This document shows, one piece after another, positions 34,591 to 48,310 of a stretch of DNA of 64,000 bases (position 1 is the stretch's first letter; each line of letters opens with the position of its first letter). The notes beneath the pieces are model-generated. The model saw only the letters and a list, made by a program, of their open reading frames with translations. It did not search any database and was not told where the DNA came from. The DNA comes from Eremomyces bilateralis CBS 781.70 (taxonomy: Eukaryota), in NCBI GenBank assembly GCA_010015585.1, contig ML975162.1. The stretch is one strand, 5' to 3'. Position numbers and translations under genes: made by a program.

Positions 34591-37490
34591 TTCGGATCCG
34601 CGGGGTTTTCGCGGTGTCAACATTCGTCCTCGCTTCGTTTCTATTCGAATGGGAGCATGGTGGGCGCAACTTCTCGCATCACCTTGGGTCTTAGCTTGGC
34701 GAGTCACTTCTTGTTGCCCGTCCCTGTTCTATCTTCGCGGAAAAAGGATGGGACTACTGTATGGGCATGGAATTGAATCGGTTTTCGAGCGTGGCAGCGC
34801 TTCGATAATGGTAGGGTATGGCAGCTAGGAATCGGCAATAATAAGGGGTACGGCGTGGAAATATCTGAACCGGTTATGGATGAAGGCTGCTACAGGGAAA
34901 TCAATTCAATCGTCGGACATGGGATGGAGCATTGCATGTGTGTTCCAGTAATGATTATACATAATATCGATATACCGCCCGGGAGAGTGGTGATGATGGA
35001 GATGGACCAAATACAAACTACGTCCAATGAGTGGCGTACTTATGGTTGAATTTCTTGCAATGCTTCAAGTAACGGGGAGTTCTGTCAGAACGGCACGTAA
35101 GAAGTAGTGAGACGACAGTAGATTGCTCTATGACGATTGATGTCGGATCCATGAGGGAATATACAAACGAACTGATAAAACGATCCACGTGGATCATAGG
35201 AAAAGGCCCTATGATGCGTTTGGATCAATCCTCCACTTCAAACAATTGCTCTCCAAAATCCCCCCTGATTCTTGTTCTCCCCGTTCGTGTCGCATCCATC
35301 CGTCACAACCCGTAACTGCTGACTGAATTTGGATCCTAAGGCGCGGGCATATGTATCTTAAGGCCTACGGAAGTCGTATGCCATAAAGCCCAGCTAGTCG
35401 ACATAGTTTTGCATCGTGCCTGGCTTGAACCCTCTCAAATACCAATAGTCAGGGGCCAGCGTAGGGCTTAGACAAAAACGACCGGCGAATGCGGCGAATA
35501 GGAACCTACCAGTGACACGGTTGGTCATGACAGAAACCATCTCGAGAAACGAAGGTATCCGTATTGCAACTGAACTTCATCGCTCTCGCTAGTATTCGTC
35601 GCACGGGAAAGGTCTGGAAGAAAGATTATTGCAAACAAGGGACCTACTCAAAATAGACAATGTATTGGATATTTGGCCTGTAGAGAACATTTCAGGACTA
35701 TTCTATGAAATTGAGGTTATCCTGCAGAGTCCGACGAGCGGGAGAGATTCACAGCCACTAGGGTATACCAGAAACAGTGTTCAAACTGTTCCCAGAACCG
35801 GGAAGATGTGATGAACCGAACGCATGCCCAGGCTGTTGGTAGCGGAGTGCTTGTCCACGATCCTGATGTCCAGGGGGAGCGAACCAGGTCGTCAGTTGAA
35901 GATCGATATCGGCAAGAGCCTAAAGGTGAATCGCACGTATGGAGGTCCCCGCGACCCAAACCAGACTCATTTGGGTAGTTGAATGGAAGGCTTGGAAGGC
36001 TGATAAAACGAAAGAAGCACACGACTTGCATGGACAGAGGGGTAGACAGGAGGATGAGAAAACGCGATGAGGCACTGGACGAAAATATCAAGGGGGTACG
36101 ACGGTACGAGATCTCGACTCTAAGAGACTCTAGACATTTTGTAGTGCTAGCGACAACTAGATCAAGGATCGAATACCGTGTCGTTCCCAAACTACCGCAG
36201 GGCCATTTTGCGTAGATGTGCCCTATCGTTGAGTTCGCCACAAAGGCATCTGACCGCTCTGATGTCGTTGGTCTGAGCCGTTAAAAAGGGGCGCAAGGAT
36301 ACTACCTCACGTTGCCTCTAGATCCCGATGATAATACGTGATGGCCAACGGTGAAGCTATAGTGAGCCAGGTGTATCGATTCGCGGGCCGACCAGCGATA
36401 ACCACACTCTGGTTCTCACTTCATTCAGGTTACTGCGGTGGACACCCTTTCCAACCTGAGCAAGAGGCAATTTGGCAGGACCCGGAGACGCGAGCGCGGG
36501 TGGTGAACGAAGTGCGGGCGACGGGCTGGCGGTCGAATATCGAGCGGCCGCCGAACAAGAGACAATCCGCCCGGGTGGCCGACGTCGATGTCTGACGAGA
36601 TGGAAACTGAGGCGCAGCGACGATATCTGATGGGCGAGATCGAGTTGGGTGAACTGTAGGGTGTGGCATCGATTCCCGGGGACGGACTTCTCTCAGCTGC
36701 AATTCATGCGAGGGGTATACCCAATCCCTGGGGGCGCGCCGACGAAAATGCAGCAAGACATTGATAAGAATAATAGGTTCATGGACGAAGTCTTGAACCC
36801 ACTGAGCCTCTGCATCCAAGATCCGTCGGGAAGCAAGGCACCGATGGGGAAGAGAGATTGAAGGGATGTAGAGGCCAACATTGTGGCGCTGTGCCGTACA
36901 TACTACGTAGCAAGGGCTTTCTGATGCTGGGATCGACTCAGGTCAACCAGAAGGATATGACAGTTGTTATACTCATATTTCGTGAATCTTTCCTTGAGTC
37001 CTGAGTCCTGGTGTCCATTTAGATATTCCTTAATGTATTCCTTAAGGTAAGGAAGTTGTCTGGTGGCTGGTGCTGGTAATGCGGAGGTACCGTACCGTCC
37101 TACGCAGTAATTTATACTTACCCGGTATAATACCAAGACCCCTGAAAACGCGCTTCCCTGGTACGGTGCCGAGGACGCCATCCCTGTGGTCTATTTACTG
37201 TCTTAGACTGAAGGAGAGGACGTCGGACTTCATGTAACTTTCTCCTGCAGCGTACATGTAGTACACCATTCGAATCTCTTTTGTGTGCTGACAGCAGGTA
37301 AATATTGTCTCGTCCCCCACCGACCCTTCGAAACCTTCCTTGGGTTTCAGATCTGCTATCGTTTCTTACTTTTGACGACTGCTGGCGGACGATGATCGCA
37401 ACTGGCAAACTTGCATCCCGAACTGGTCCACGAGACACCCAAACAATCGAACTCAACACATAGACCGACCAGCAACCACCCGCGTCGAGC

Positions 37491-40400
37491 ATGGCTACGG
37501 CCACTGCCAGGGCGCAAGGAGTAGGCGATTCTTTGGGAGATTGGGATAGCCACTTGGAAGATGATGCGCACGCGTTGGAAGGTGATGCGCATGCCATAGA
37601 AGAAGACCAAATCGAAGCATCTGGGACCAAGGGACATGCGCGGAACTCTTCACATCGGTCGGCATTGTCGCAGTCGGCGAATGCACCGGCAGAGGATCTT
37701 GCGAAATCAGACCCCGACTTCGACTTCTCAGAACTGGAACTCCCTCCCCTACCTACCACCTCCGATGAAGACTTGCAGCATGTTGAAGACAGTATCCTTG
37801 ACCCGAAGTCGGGCGGAAGTGAGGTGGATATGAGCGCGACAGTCGAGCGCGACATGAAGAGACAGCTAATGGATATTGAATCAAGCTTCTTGCCAGACCC
37901 TGCACCCCCGGCGGAAGACGAAGTGGAAGGACCAGGCAAGGATGACACCTATCTCTTTGGAATGGCAACAGAGCCGGAAATGCCATCAAGTGCTGCCGAT
38001 GACACGGCTGGCGATGATATCATGCAAGAACTGCGTGAGGAAACCGGCGGTTTAGATGAGGGCGATACTCGCCCTACCGCGCTAGGAGAAGAAGAAACGT
38101 CAACATTGGATCTGAGTCAATTGACTTCTTCACCAGCTGCCGCTGCTGCGAAACGATCACACTCGCGCGGACCCTTTGCGACAGATTCATATGACAATCG
38201 AAGACCGCCCACCTCACACCCGCGACAAACACAATCTCCTTCACATGACAACGATCCTTCAGGGGACCCGGACAATGGAAGCTCGCGCATTCTTGCCGAC
38301 ACAACGAACGCCTCGAATCCGCAAATCATTCAGACAGCACCGACACCAGCGAAAATGTCCTCGACAGATTCACTTACAGCCTCCCGTCCTTCCTTCTTCC
38401 GCTCGCGCCAAGATTCTCAACGCTCCTCTACATCCTCTATTGCCCACTCCGACCTCTCTGGCGATGCCCCCAGCGAGGCAACACTCAGTGCCGACTATGC
38501 CTTACAATCCGGCGGTGCAGTGTCTTCCAGCAGCGCAATCCGCCCAACCGATCTGTCTCGCCATCCCAGCATGGGCAGTGTAGTGTCTGGGATCTCCAGC
38601 GTCAGCGGATACAGCGATTCGCCTGGTCCTGGAGGGTTCCACCGCAACATCAGCGGCCTAAGCGCACTTTCTGAACTATCTAGTGCACGTGATGGCGTCC
38701 TTGAGCCGCTGGACGAAGAGCGGGAGACATCTAGGTCGCCGTCTGCCACACCCCCTTTGACACCACGACCTGGCACTGCGGTGAATGATGGTGCCGGGAT
38801 CACAGACACGGTCATTGCGCAACATGTCAGCAACATCACGGTCCCTGAAACAGTGGCCCGCGAATTCCGTGAGCGGCATGCACGAGAAGACCCACCGCGT
38901 CCTGGGACCTCTGGCAAGATGAGCACGACTAGCGGAGGTACGGGGCTTCGACACACTCTAACCCTCAAGGAGCAGAACTCCAAGATCGACAAGTTGTCCA
39001 AAGAGAACTTCGACCTGAAGTTGAAAATCCATTTTCTCGATCAAGCGCTCCAGCGACGAAGCGACGAAGGCGTGCGGGAGCTGGTGCAGGAAAATGTCAA
39101 GCTGCATACCGACCTTACGAACGAGAAGAAGGAGAGTCTGGCGCAGCGGAAACGGGCGAGAGAAGCTGAGCGACGCGCGAGGAACCTGGAGGATGAGGTT
39201 AGAGAGTTAAAGGCGGCGGTGAAGGCAGCGAATCAAGGAAAGGAGGACCGGAAGGCCGAGGAAAGTACCGAGACGGCCATTCTGGAGGACGAGATCACGT
39301 ACCTCAGAGAATGTTTGGAGCATTCGGAGATCACGACAGAGAAGTTGAGGGAAGATGTTATGGCGAAGGAAGTGGAGAAGAGGAGGATGGCGGACTATAT
39401 CAAGAACGTACAAGCTGCGGATGCTGCTGGAAGAGAGCGCGACGGCAAGGGGGTGGAAGAAGCCATGGTAATTTACTCCAGTTCGTTGATAAGGATAGCA
39501 TATGCTGACTCTATATTACAGGAGATGTGGAAAGACCTTCTGGAAGCCGAGACCGCCCGCCGCGAACAAGCAGATGAGGACACCCAGAAGCTCCGCGACG
39601 AACTGCGCCGTTTGAGGGCCGACACCCAAAACACGACCAACAACCACAACGTTCGCACCACCTACAACATCCGCAACCACAAGCACGTCTCCACCACTTC
39701 CAACCACCCCTCCGAACCGGTCGACGGCGAAACCCTCGTACCCAACGGCCAAGACTTTAATGGCTCCGTCGCCACCTCATCGACTCTCGTCGAGAAACTC
39801 CAGCACGAAAACGCCGAACTGCGCCGTGACCTCGGCGCCCAAACCTCCATGCTCACCTCGCGCAACCGCGAACGCGAACGCCTGCAAGCCGAGATTGAAG
39901 ATCTCAAGCTCGCCGCCCGTCGCGTGACCGACGGGTCCGCCATCCACGGCGGCCGCAGCGTGGCCGGCGACAGCATCTTCGAGCGATCCGTGTCTCGCGC
40001 CGGCAACGCGATGCACGGGGCCGGGCACGAGCGATCCGGCGCGGGGATGCCACGATCCGCGAGCCGAGCCAGCGGCGCGACGCGGCTGACGGAGGTGAGC
40101 GATAACGAGCGGGAGCGCGAGGAGTGGGAGCGGAAGCTGTCGCACGCGCGCGACGACGCGGCGAAGACGAAGATGCTGAACCAGGAGCTGGAGAGGGAGC
40201 TCAATGCGCATCTGGACTTCCTGTCGCAGGCGGAGCGGGACAACGCGGCGCTGCTGCAGGAGAAGGAGGAGTTGAGTGAGGATGTGCAGGCGCTGTCGGT
40301 GGAGCGGGATGAGTTGCTGACGGCGTTAGAGGCAAAAGAGGGGGAGTGCGAGGCGTTGCGGGACGAGGCGGTGCAGACGATCGATCGTCTGGAGGAGGAT

Positions 40401-42279
40401 CTCGATCACAAGGAGCAGGAGGCACAGAGGGTGTTGCAGGAGCTGGAGGGCAGGAACGAAGATTTTGCCGGGCTCGAGCGCGAGATGAAGAATGTTACCG
40501 AGTCGCTCATTCAGCTAGAGGACGATCGAGCAGCCGCGCGAAGGAGGATCCAGAGCCTTGAGGCAGAGGTCGAAGAGGCGAATCGCGAGCTAGAGACGCT
40601 CGATAAACGACTACGGGAGGTCAATGGAAAGAATGAGCGGCTGGAAGTCCAGATTGAGTCGAATCAAGGCGAGATCAGCTTCCTTCGGGAAGAGCAAGAG
40701 GGTGACAAGATCAAGATTGGCGAGTTGGAGGCTGCCATTACTGCTGCGCACGCAAACATCGTGGAAGAGAAAGACCGCTTCCGAGAGCTTGAAGAGCGCC
40801 TGCGCGAAGAGAGAAAGCAAAGGGAGATCCTTGATAGCCAGGAGAAACAGGAGGTGCAGAAGGTCTTAAGCGACTTGAATTCCCAACTTGCGAAGAGCAA
40901 GGAGGAAGTGAGGAAGCTTAGAAAGAGCCTCAGTACCAAGGAAGTTGAGGCCAGCACCTGGAAGGAAAAGCTGGAGGAGCTAGAGCGCAATTTACGAGAA
41001 GCTCTAGGCGACTTGGACGGTACCAGGACGAGTTTGCTTCAGGTTTGTTTTTCACCATTTCTTTCCATGCAGTGTACCTCTAACGCCGAACTTACAGGAC
41101 GTACACAACCTTCAAATCGATCTCGAAACGGCCGTCGCCGAGCTAGACAAAGCTCGCAGCGATCTCGCAGAAAAAGAACGGCTTCTTCGCAACCGAGATG
41201 TGCTCCTCGAAAGCACTGGGTTGGAAGGCAGAAGGCTGGCTGATCTACTGGAGAAGGAGAGGCAGGCGAGAAGACAGGATCGCCAGCACTTCGAACAAGT
41301 CCAGAGAAGTCAGGCGACTATGTCTCGTACCATGCATGCCCACGAGACGCGGATGCTGGAGTTGGAGACTACCCGCAGCCAAGATAAGAAGCGGATCAAC
41401 ACTCTGGAGAAGCAGCTTCACGATCAGCTCCTCGACCGGAACAACTTGTTGCTCGCTTTATGGAACCGCCTCTCCACCCTCTGTGGGACAGACTGGGCAC
41501 AGAAATACAGCCTCATCGACGGGCAAGCCCTACCTTCTGTCGAGCAGATCAACCGGAACCTCCCGGGGTTCAACAAAAATATCATCCTCGCGGTCAAGAC
41601 CGTCGAAGGCATCGTCGGCGGCTTCCGCCAACGCATCCGCACCATCGAGAAAGACCTCTGGCGCGACTACCAAACCCTCGAACACACCCTCGATGTCCGC
41701 GTCAAGCGACTCGACCAACTCGAACGGACTATCCAAGTCCAAACCGCCACCACGCGCCAGACTCGCACCGGGTCCCGAGGCAGCACGCAAAGCGAGCACG
41801 CCGAGATCTTCAAGCTCAAAGGCGAGAACAAGCAGCTGCGCGCGGACCTGCAGTTCCAAAAAGAGCAGGCGCAGCAGCACAACTCCTACGCGCCACGGTC
41901 GCCGCCGTCGCGCGACACGTCCCGCGCCAGCATGGCGAACACGCTCCTCCGCGCACATTCTGCCAACGCCGCGGACGCGCTGTCATTCGACCCGACCAGC
42001 ACAGTACCGGGCCATTCGCGGCAGGGGTCCGGGGGGCAGGCGTACTCAGTCAACTCGGCGTTGCAGCCGTCGGAGCAGCGGTGGATTCATCGGTTGAAGG
42101 AGCTGGAGCGGCGGCTGAAGGGGGAGCGGGAGGCGCGGTTGTTGGATCGGAGTGGGGCGCGGAAGCGGTTGGAGGAGGGAAAGGCGGAGAATGAGGAGTT
42201 GCGGAGCATGTTGGAGCGGGAGCGGGAGCGGAGGCAGTTTTTGGGGGAGGAGGAAGAGTTGGTGGAGGCAGAGTCTTGA
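37491..42279 (+). CDS. apsB: Gamma-tubulin receptor ApsB/Mto1 (centrosomin CM1 + coiled coil + MASC)
   Basis: CM1 motif LTLKEQNSKIDKLSKENFDLKLKIHFL, long coiled coil, and C-terminal EQRWIHRLKELERRLKGEREARLLDRSGARKRL. Introns 39468-39521 and 41043-41097. Confidence 0.88.
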
Positions 42280-42853
42280 GTCTTTAAGGTTGGATGGGTT
42301 GATTCGTTTCTTGGCGATGGAGTTGCGTTCACTGTCTTTCTACCCTGGGTGCTCCGATGACGACGGGTTCGGAGCATCGCATGTACTACTATTCAGATAT
42401 ATTGGGATACGGGCGTTGGCGGTCACTGGACTGACGGTTGACGTCGAAGGCTTGCCTGGCGGTCAGGCCTAATTGTTGGCTGTAGCGAATTACAAGCGCA
42501 TTTGTCTCCTTCGGACCATGTTTAATTGAACAAAACCAACAAACCCTCGATGAACGACTCTGGACTCCGGTTGGCTCGTACGGAATATCAAATGATAATC
42601 CGAGAATCCGATGCGCGACGGACGCCGACTTCGCACGACAGCGTGACAGGGATGACCCGCAAAGCGAATTTTTTCGAAATGGCGGGGGGCTTGTGTCCTG
42701 GTGTCATACAAAAGGTTTCCATAAGCCCTCCCCATCCTTCTGTAGAGTCCATCATTGCCCAATCCGCAGCTACATTTTCGATATACAGAATCGATTGGCA
42801 AGGTTGAGAATCACACATCTTCAATTAAAAAGGAAGATCTCGAGAACATCGCA

Positions 42854-44439
42854 ATGTCTACTTACGTGCTCTCAAAGTCCCATCAGGAGGTAAGAGACGT
42901 TTGAGAGGTACCATTCATGAAAGGACATTGCTAACGTTGATGAAGCTGATGGAGAAGTCGCTCGTCGACTTGGATCCTGATGTTGCTGAGATTATGGTCA
43001 GTATCTTCTGGAGCTCCCAATGCGCCCGGGAAAATTTCGCTAACCCATTCCACAGAGGAAGGAGATCAAGCGCCAGCGAGAGTCCATCCTCCTCATCGCC
43101 TCCGAGAACGTCACCTCCCGCGCCGTCTACGATGCCCTTGGTTCGCCCATGTCGAACAAGTACTCCGAGGGCTACCCCGGCGCTCGGTACTATGGTGGCA
43201 ACGAGCACATCGATGAGATCGAACTGCTGTGCCAGGCTCGCGCTCTCAAGGCCTTTGGCGTCGAGTCAGACAAGTGGGGAGTCAACGTTCAGTCTCTGTC
43301 CGGCAGCCCTGCCAACTTGCAGGTCTACCAGGCCATCATGAGGCCGCATGATCGGTTGATGGGCTTGGATCTGCCGCATGGTGGGCATTTGAGCCACGGC
43401 TACCAAACCCCTCAGCGGAAGTGCGTTCTCTCTTCTACTTTATTATCTCTTCGGCTAGCTTACAAGGCTTAGGATCTCCGCTGTCTCCACCTACTTCGAA
43501 ACTTTCCCCTACCGCGTCAACCCTGAGACGGGCATCATCGACTATGATCGCCTGGAGGAGAACGCGCTTATGTACCGCCCTAAGGTCCTCGTCGCGGGTA
43601 CTTCCGCGTACTGCCGCACCATCGACTGGAAGCGCATGAGGGAAATCGCCGACAAGGTCGGCTGCTACCTGGTGGTTGACATGGCCCACATCTCCGGCCT
43701 GATCGCCGCCGGCGTCCACGACTCCCCCTTCCCGTACGCTGACATCGTCACCACCACGACCCACAAGTCGCTCCGTGGCCCCCGCGGCGCCATGATCTTC
43801 TTCCGCAAGGGTGTCCGCAGCACCGACAAGTCCGGCAAGCAGATCATGTACGACCTGGAGGGCCCGATCAACTTCTCCGTCTTCCCCGGCCACCAGGGCG
43901 GTCCGCATAACCACACCATCACGGCGCTCGCCGTCGCCCTGAAGCAGGCGGCCACCCCAGAGTTCCGCCAATACCAGGAGCAGGTCGTCAAGAACGCCAA
44001 GGCCCTCGAACACGAGTTCAAGAGACTCGGCTACGTCCTCGTCACCGACGGTACGGACAACCACATGGTTCTCCTGGACCTCAAGCCCGTCCATCTCGAC
44101 GGCGCGGGCGCGCGCGTCGAGGCCGTCCTCGACCAGGTCAACATCGCCTGCAACAAGAACACCACCCCCGGCGACAAGTCCGCCATCACACCCATGGGGC
44201 TCCGCATCGGCGCGCCCGCCATGTCCAGCCGCGGCATGGGAGAGGCGGACTTCGTTCGCATCGCCGGGTATATCGATACCTGCATCAAGCTGGCGCAGAA
44301 GGTGCAGGCCGAGCTACCAAAGGGGCAGAACAAGCTGAAGGATTTCAAGGAGAAGGTGGCGAGCGGTGAGGTACCGGAGCTGGCGCAGCTGAAGACAGAG
44401 ATCGCAGGGTGGGCCGGATCGTTCCCGCTGCCAGTGTAA
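42854..44439 (+). CDS. SHM2: Serine hydroxymethyltransferase, cytosolic
   Basis: Motifs [45 protein letters not shown] (PLP lysine) and [11 protein letters not shown]. Three 5' introns and no presequence. Confidence 0.95.
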
Positions 44440-45006
44440 GTCTGTCTCTTCTCGACTCTCCCGCGATGCGTGGCCGATACGAGGGATCGGACGGAGTTCT
44501 TAGTTTGGGGGGAGTTTCAGCATTTCTAGTCTAGTCGACACGGGGCTTTGGATCATTTCAACGGATCCAAGGCGCGTTTGGCCGGTCTCAAAAAGCATTC
44601 AACATCGTTGGAGGCAACTCCACTTCATGCACAGGAGAAAGTCCGGTTTTTGCCAGTGGAAAGAACCGGAGTTTTGGAACGGGTTAATGGGTATATGAGA
44701 TACTAGTGTCAACCACGATATGATATTTACGGATGACGCCGTAACTGCTTAACCAGCTAATCAGATAGCAAATAACTGGAAGCGTAATGCTCAACAGCTT
44801 CTGATGACAGCGTCTGTAAACCTCCAGCCAGTTCTCTGTGATCGCACCATCATGGTTGCGCATCCACCAGGACTTGACGCGTTGACTATGCTTTCCTCTC
44901 CGAATGTATCTCATACGCATATCTTCTTCAGGACTCGAGGGTTTCTCCTCTTCATGATCCAAGTGTTCCATGTGTTCCGTGTATTCCATCATCCTCTTCC
45001 CAATCC

Positions 45007-45582
45007 TCACACTCCTTCCCTCACCTCCACCGACGTAACCACCACCCCTTCCATCCCGTCCTCCGCTCCAGTCTCCCCTACCCCCGCTAACGCCTTCCGC
45101 CTCAACTCCTCCAACACCCCTCTCAGATCCCTCACCCGCGCCTCTAACTCCCCAATCTCCCCCTCCTGCTCCTCCACGCTCCGCTCCACGTCCGGCAACG
45201 CCCTTACAGCCGCCCGCGCCCGCTGCAGCCGCACCTTCAACTCCGATGTCGCGGCCGCCAACTGATGGATCTCCAACGTCTCTCCCGCGGACGCGTCGGC
45301 GGTGGGCTGTGACCCTGTGGTTTGTGATGTCGCGTGTTGGGTTTGGCTTTGCGTGGCTAGCTGGGTTTGTGGGGTTGGGGCGGTCGTGGATGTGGCTGGC
45401 GCGGTTGTCGAGGGGTCTTTTGGGGGAGCGAGGCCGGAGGGGGTGGGGAGGATGCGGGCGAGGAGGGTGTGAAGAGATGGGATGATGTCGAAGAGGGCGG
45501 GATTGGGGAGGGAGGAGATGGGGTCGGGGGTGGATGGGTTGGGGGGGATGGAGAGGGGGGAGTCTTGGTGAGAGGTCGTCAT
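45007..45582 (-). CDS. MED9: Mediator subunit 9 (Med9/Cse2)-like
   Basis: FDIIPSLHTLLARI and LKVRLQRARAAVRALPDVERSVEEQEGEIGELEAR. Confidence 0.8.
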   Translation of the reverse strand: MTTSHQDSPLSIPPNPSTPDPISSLPNPALFDIIPSLHTLLARILPTPSGLAPPKDPSTTAPATSTTAPTPQTQLATQSQTQHATSQTTGSQPTADASAGETLEIHQLAAATSELKVRLQRARAAVRALPDVERSVEEQEGEIGELEARVRDLRGVLEELRRKALAGVGETGAEDGMEGVVVTSVEVREGV

Positions 45583-45991
45583 GTTGGAGGATGCGCCTCG
45601 TTGTGAGAGGCCAGTGGCTCAATGGAAAATGAGTACGGAGTATGATAAATTGGATTAGTCTCGTGTGGAGGAAAGGCTCAGTTGATGCTGATGTTTACTT
45701 TTTTCGTGGCTGGACAACCTGTAAAAATGACGTGGGGTTGATAGTTGTTGAGTCGGTGGTGGACGGTGGTGGGGTGTCACCGTGTCAATGGTGCAGATAT
45801 CTTTCGTCAATTGATGAGAGAGAAGCAATCTCAATCCCCGATTCTGTCCGATTGAGCGGAATTTCCAAGGTATTCTTCTGCTGTCAACCCGGTGGATTTC
45901 CGATTTCGTGTCAAAATCATTGGTCGTCTTGACATTTTTTCGTCATCAAGTCATACAGAAGCTTCATCTGCTGCGCAAGCTTACCTCAACA

Positions 45992-47832
45992 ATGGCTAAA
46001 GTTGATCAGAAAGCGGTTTTGAGTACGTTCAAGGATCCAATTGCTCGATATCCACCTCCGTATGTCGAAGGAACTTAGTGGCTGATTTCACTCTTAGTCG
46101 TCATCGATGGCTGGGGCGTACCCGTCGAATCCTCCCCTCCGGAGGGCGATGCGATTGCTGCCGCCGAAACCCCATATATGGACGATTTCGCCAAAGACGG
46201 CTCCAAAACCGCGCAAGGATATACTACGTTGGAGGCGTCTTCGAATGCTGTTGGTCTTCCGGAAGGTCTTATGGGCAACAGCGAGGTCGGCCATCTGAAC
46301 ATTGGCGCAGGACGAGTGGTGTGGCAGGATGTGCGTACGCGATATATGGATGCGTATTGAGCAGCAACTGACACTTCTCAGGTCGTTCGAATTGATATGA
46401 CCATCAAGAAGGGCTTGATGAACAAGGTCGATAACATCGTCAAGTCGTTCCAGCGTGCCAAGGATGGCAATGGTAGACTACATCTTCTTGGTCTGGTCTC
46501 GGATGGCGGAGTGGTATGCACCGGTCCTCGATATACGAACTGAACATGAGATTGACAGGGAACAGCACTCGCACATCAACCACCTCATCGCATTGCTTAA
46601 GGTAGCCAAAGAGATTGGCATTCCTAAAGTGTTCATCCACTTCTTCGGGGATGGCCGTGACACTGACCCCAAGTCCGGCGCTGGGCACATGAAGGACTTG
46701 ATCGCGAAGACCAAAGAGATCGGCCTTGGTGATATCGCGACTGTCGTTGGCCGCTACTACGTCATGGACCGTGACAAGCGATGGGACCGCGTGGAAGTTG
46801 GTATGAAGGGCATCGTTGTTGGCGAAGGAGAGCCGTCCGACGATCCTCTGAAGACGATTCAGGATCGATATGCCAAGGGTGAGACGGATGAGTTCTTGAC
46901 GCCCATCATTGTTGGTGGGGCTGAGCGAAGAGTGCAAGGCAAGTAACTATGATCAAGATCTGGCATGACTGTTACTGATCCTCATTCAGATGACGATACT
47001 CTCTTCTTCTTCAACTACCGCTCCGACCGCGTTCGTGAAGTCACGCAACTCCTCGGCGACTTCGACCGCTCGCCGAAGCCGGATTTCCCCTACCCCAAAA
47101 ACACCCAAGTCACGACCATGACGCAGTACAACGTCCGCTACAGCTTCCCCGTGGCTTTCCCACCGCAGCGCATGGACAACGTCCTGGCCGAGTGGCTCGC
47201 CAAACAGAACCTCAAGCAGTGCCACGTCGCCGAAACGGAGAAGTACGCCCACGTCACCTTCTTCTTCAACGGAGGCGTCGAGAAGCAGTTCGACGCCGAG
47301 GAGCGCGAGATGATCCCCAGCCCGAAGGTCGCGACCTACGATAAGCAGCCGAAGATGAGCGCCATGGCCGTCGCAGAGAAGCTCTGCGAGCGGATCGCGG
47401 AGGGCAAGTTCGAGTTCCTGATGAACAACTTCGCGCCGCCGGATATGGTGGGCCATACCGGTGTGTACGAGGCCGCCATCGTGGCCTGCGCGGAGACGGA
47501 CAAGGCGATTGGGAAGATTTACGACCAGTGCAAGAAGTCCGGATATGTCCTGTTCATCACCTCGGACCATGGGTAAGTTCTGCTGTATACTCTGTCCTGG
47601 ATCCTCACTGACCTTTTGCAGTAACGCGGAGGAAATGATCAACGAGAAAGGCACGCCGAAGACGTCTCACACCACGAACGAGGTGCCCTTCGTCATGGCC
47701 AACGCTCCCGAAGGGTGGAGCTTGAAGAAAACCGACGGCGTACTAGGCGATGTTGCGCCGACCCTCTTGGAATGTATGGGACTGGACACGCCCGCCGAGA
47801 TGGACGGACATAGCTTGCTTGTGAAACAATAG
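45992..47832 (+). CDS. 2,3-bisphosphoglycerate-independent phosphoglycerate mutase
   Basis: Multi-exon. Motifs [67 protein letters not shown] and TSDHG|NAE. Confidence 0.95.
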
Positions 47833-48310
47833 ACGAGCCGTTTCGGATAGCTGGTGAGCGATGACTGCGCTGCAAGGGTGAAATAGACCGCGCGGTACCG
47901 ATAAGTGAAAAGCAATTCATCTTATAGACATACATATGATTGGACGAGACAATGAAAGCTCAAGATCCATAGATTCGAGAAGTTTGCATCCCAGTGTCCT
48001 ACCCCTTCTCTCGTTGTTCTAATGTTGACGAAGACCTCCGTTTCTCTCCGTCGCGCCGAAGAGCAACAGCACGTCTTTCCTGATGCCTCCATCTGGACAT
48101 TCCCTGAAGGCTCAAGCGCGCGGGACAAAGTTCCGATCCAAATTTCTAACGTGCCAGCGCCATGATTAACCGTCATAGGCATAGAGGTTCCACAGTTAGA
48201 TAAACGCCGCAGTGTGGCTAGCAATCAAAGTTAGGTGAACATCTGGTCGAATTAATCCAGCTATTTGACATTAATCATCAGTCCATCACGTCTCCCACGA
48301 GACGATGGTT

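Noticed and set aside
35600..36900. Cluster of 60-170 aa ORFs between the metallopeptidase and apsB
   Set aside because: No recognisable motifs or coherent exon chain; cannot support a gene or transposon relic
44684..45622. 312-aa ORF overlapping MED9, and similar long alternate-frame or antisense ORFs in GC-rich genes
   Set aside because: Shadow ORFs expected from high GC3 codon bias; the recognisable protein is in another frame
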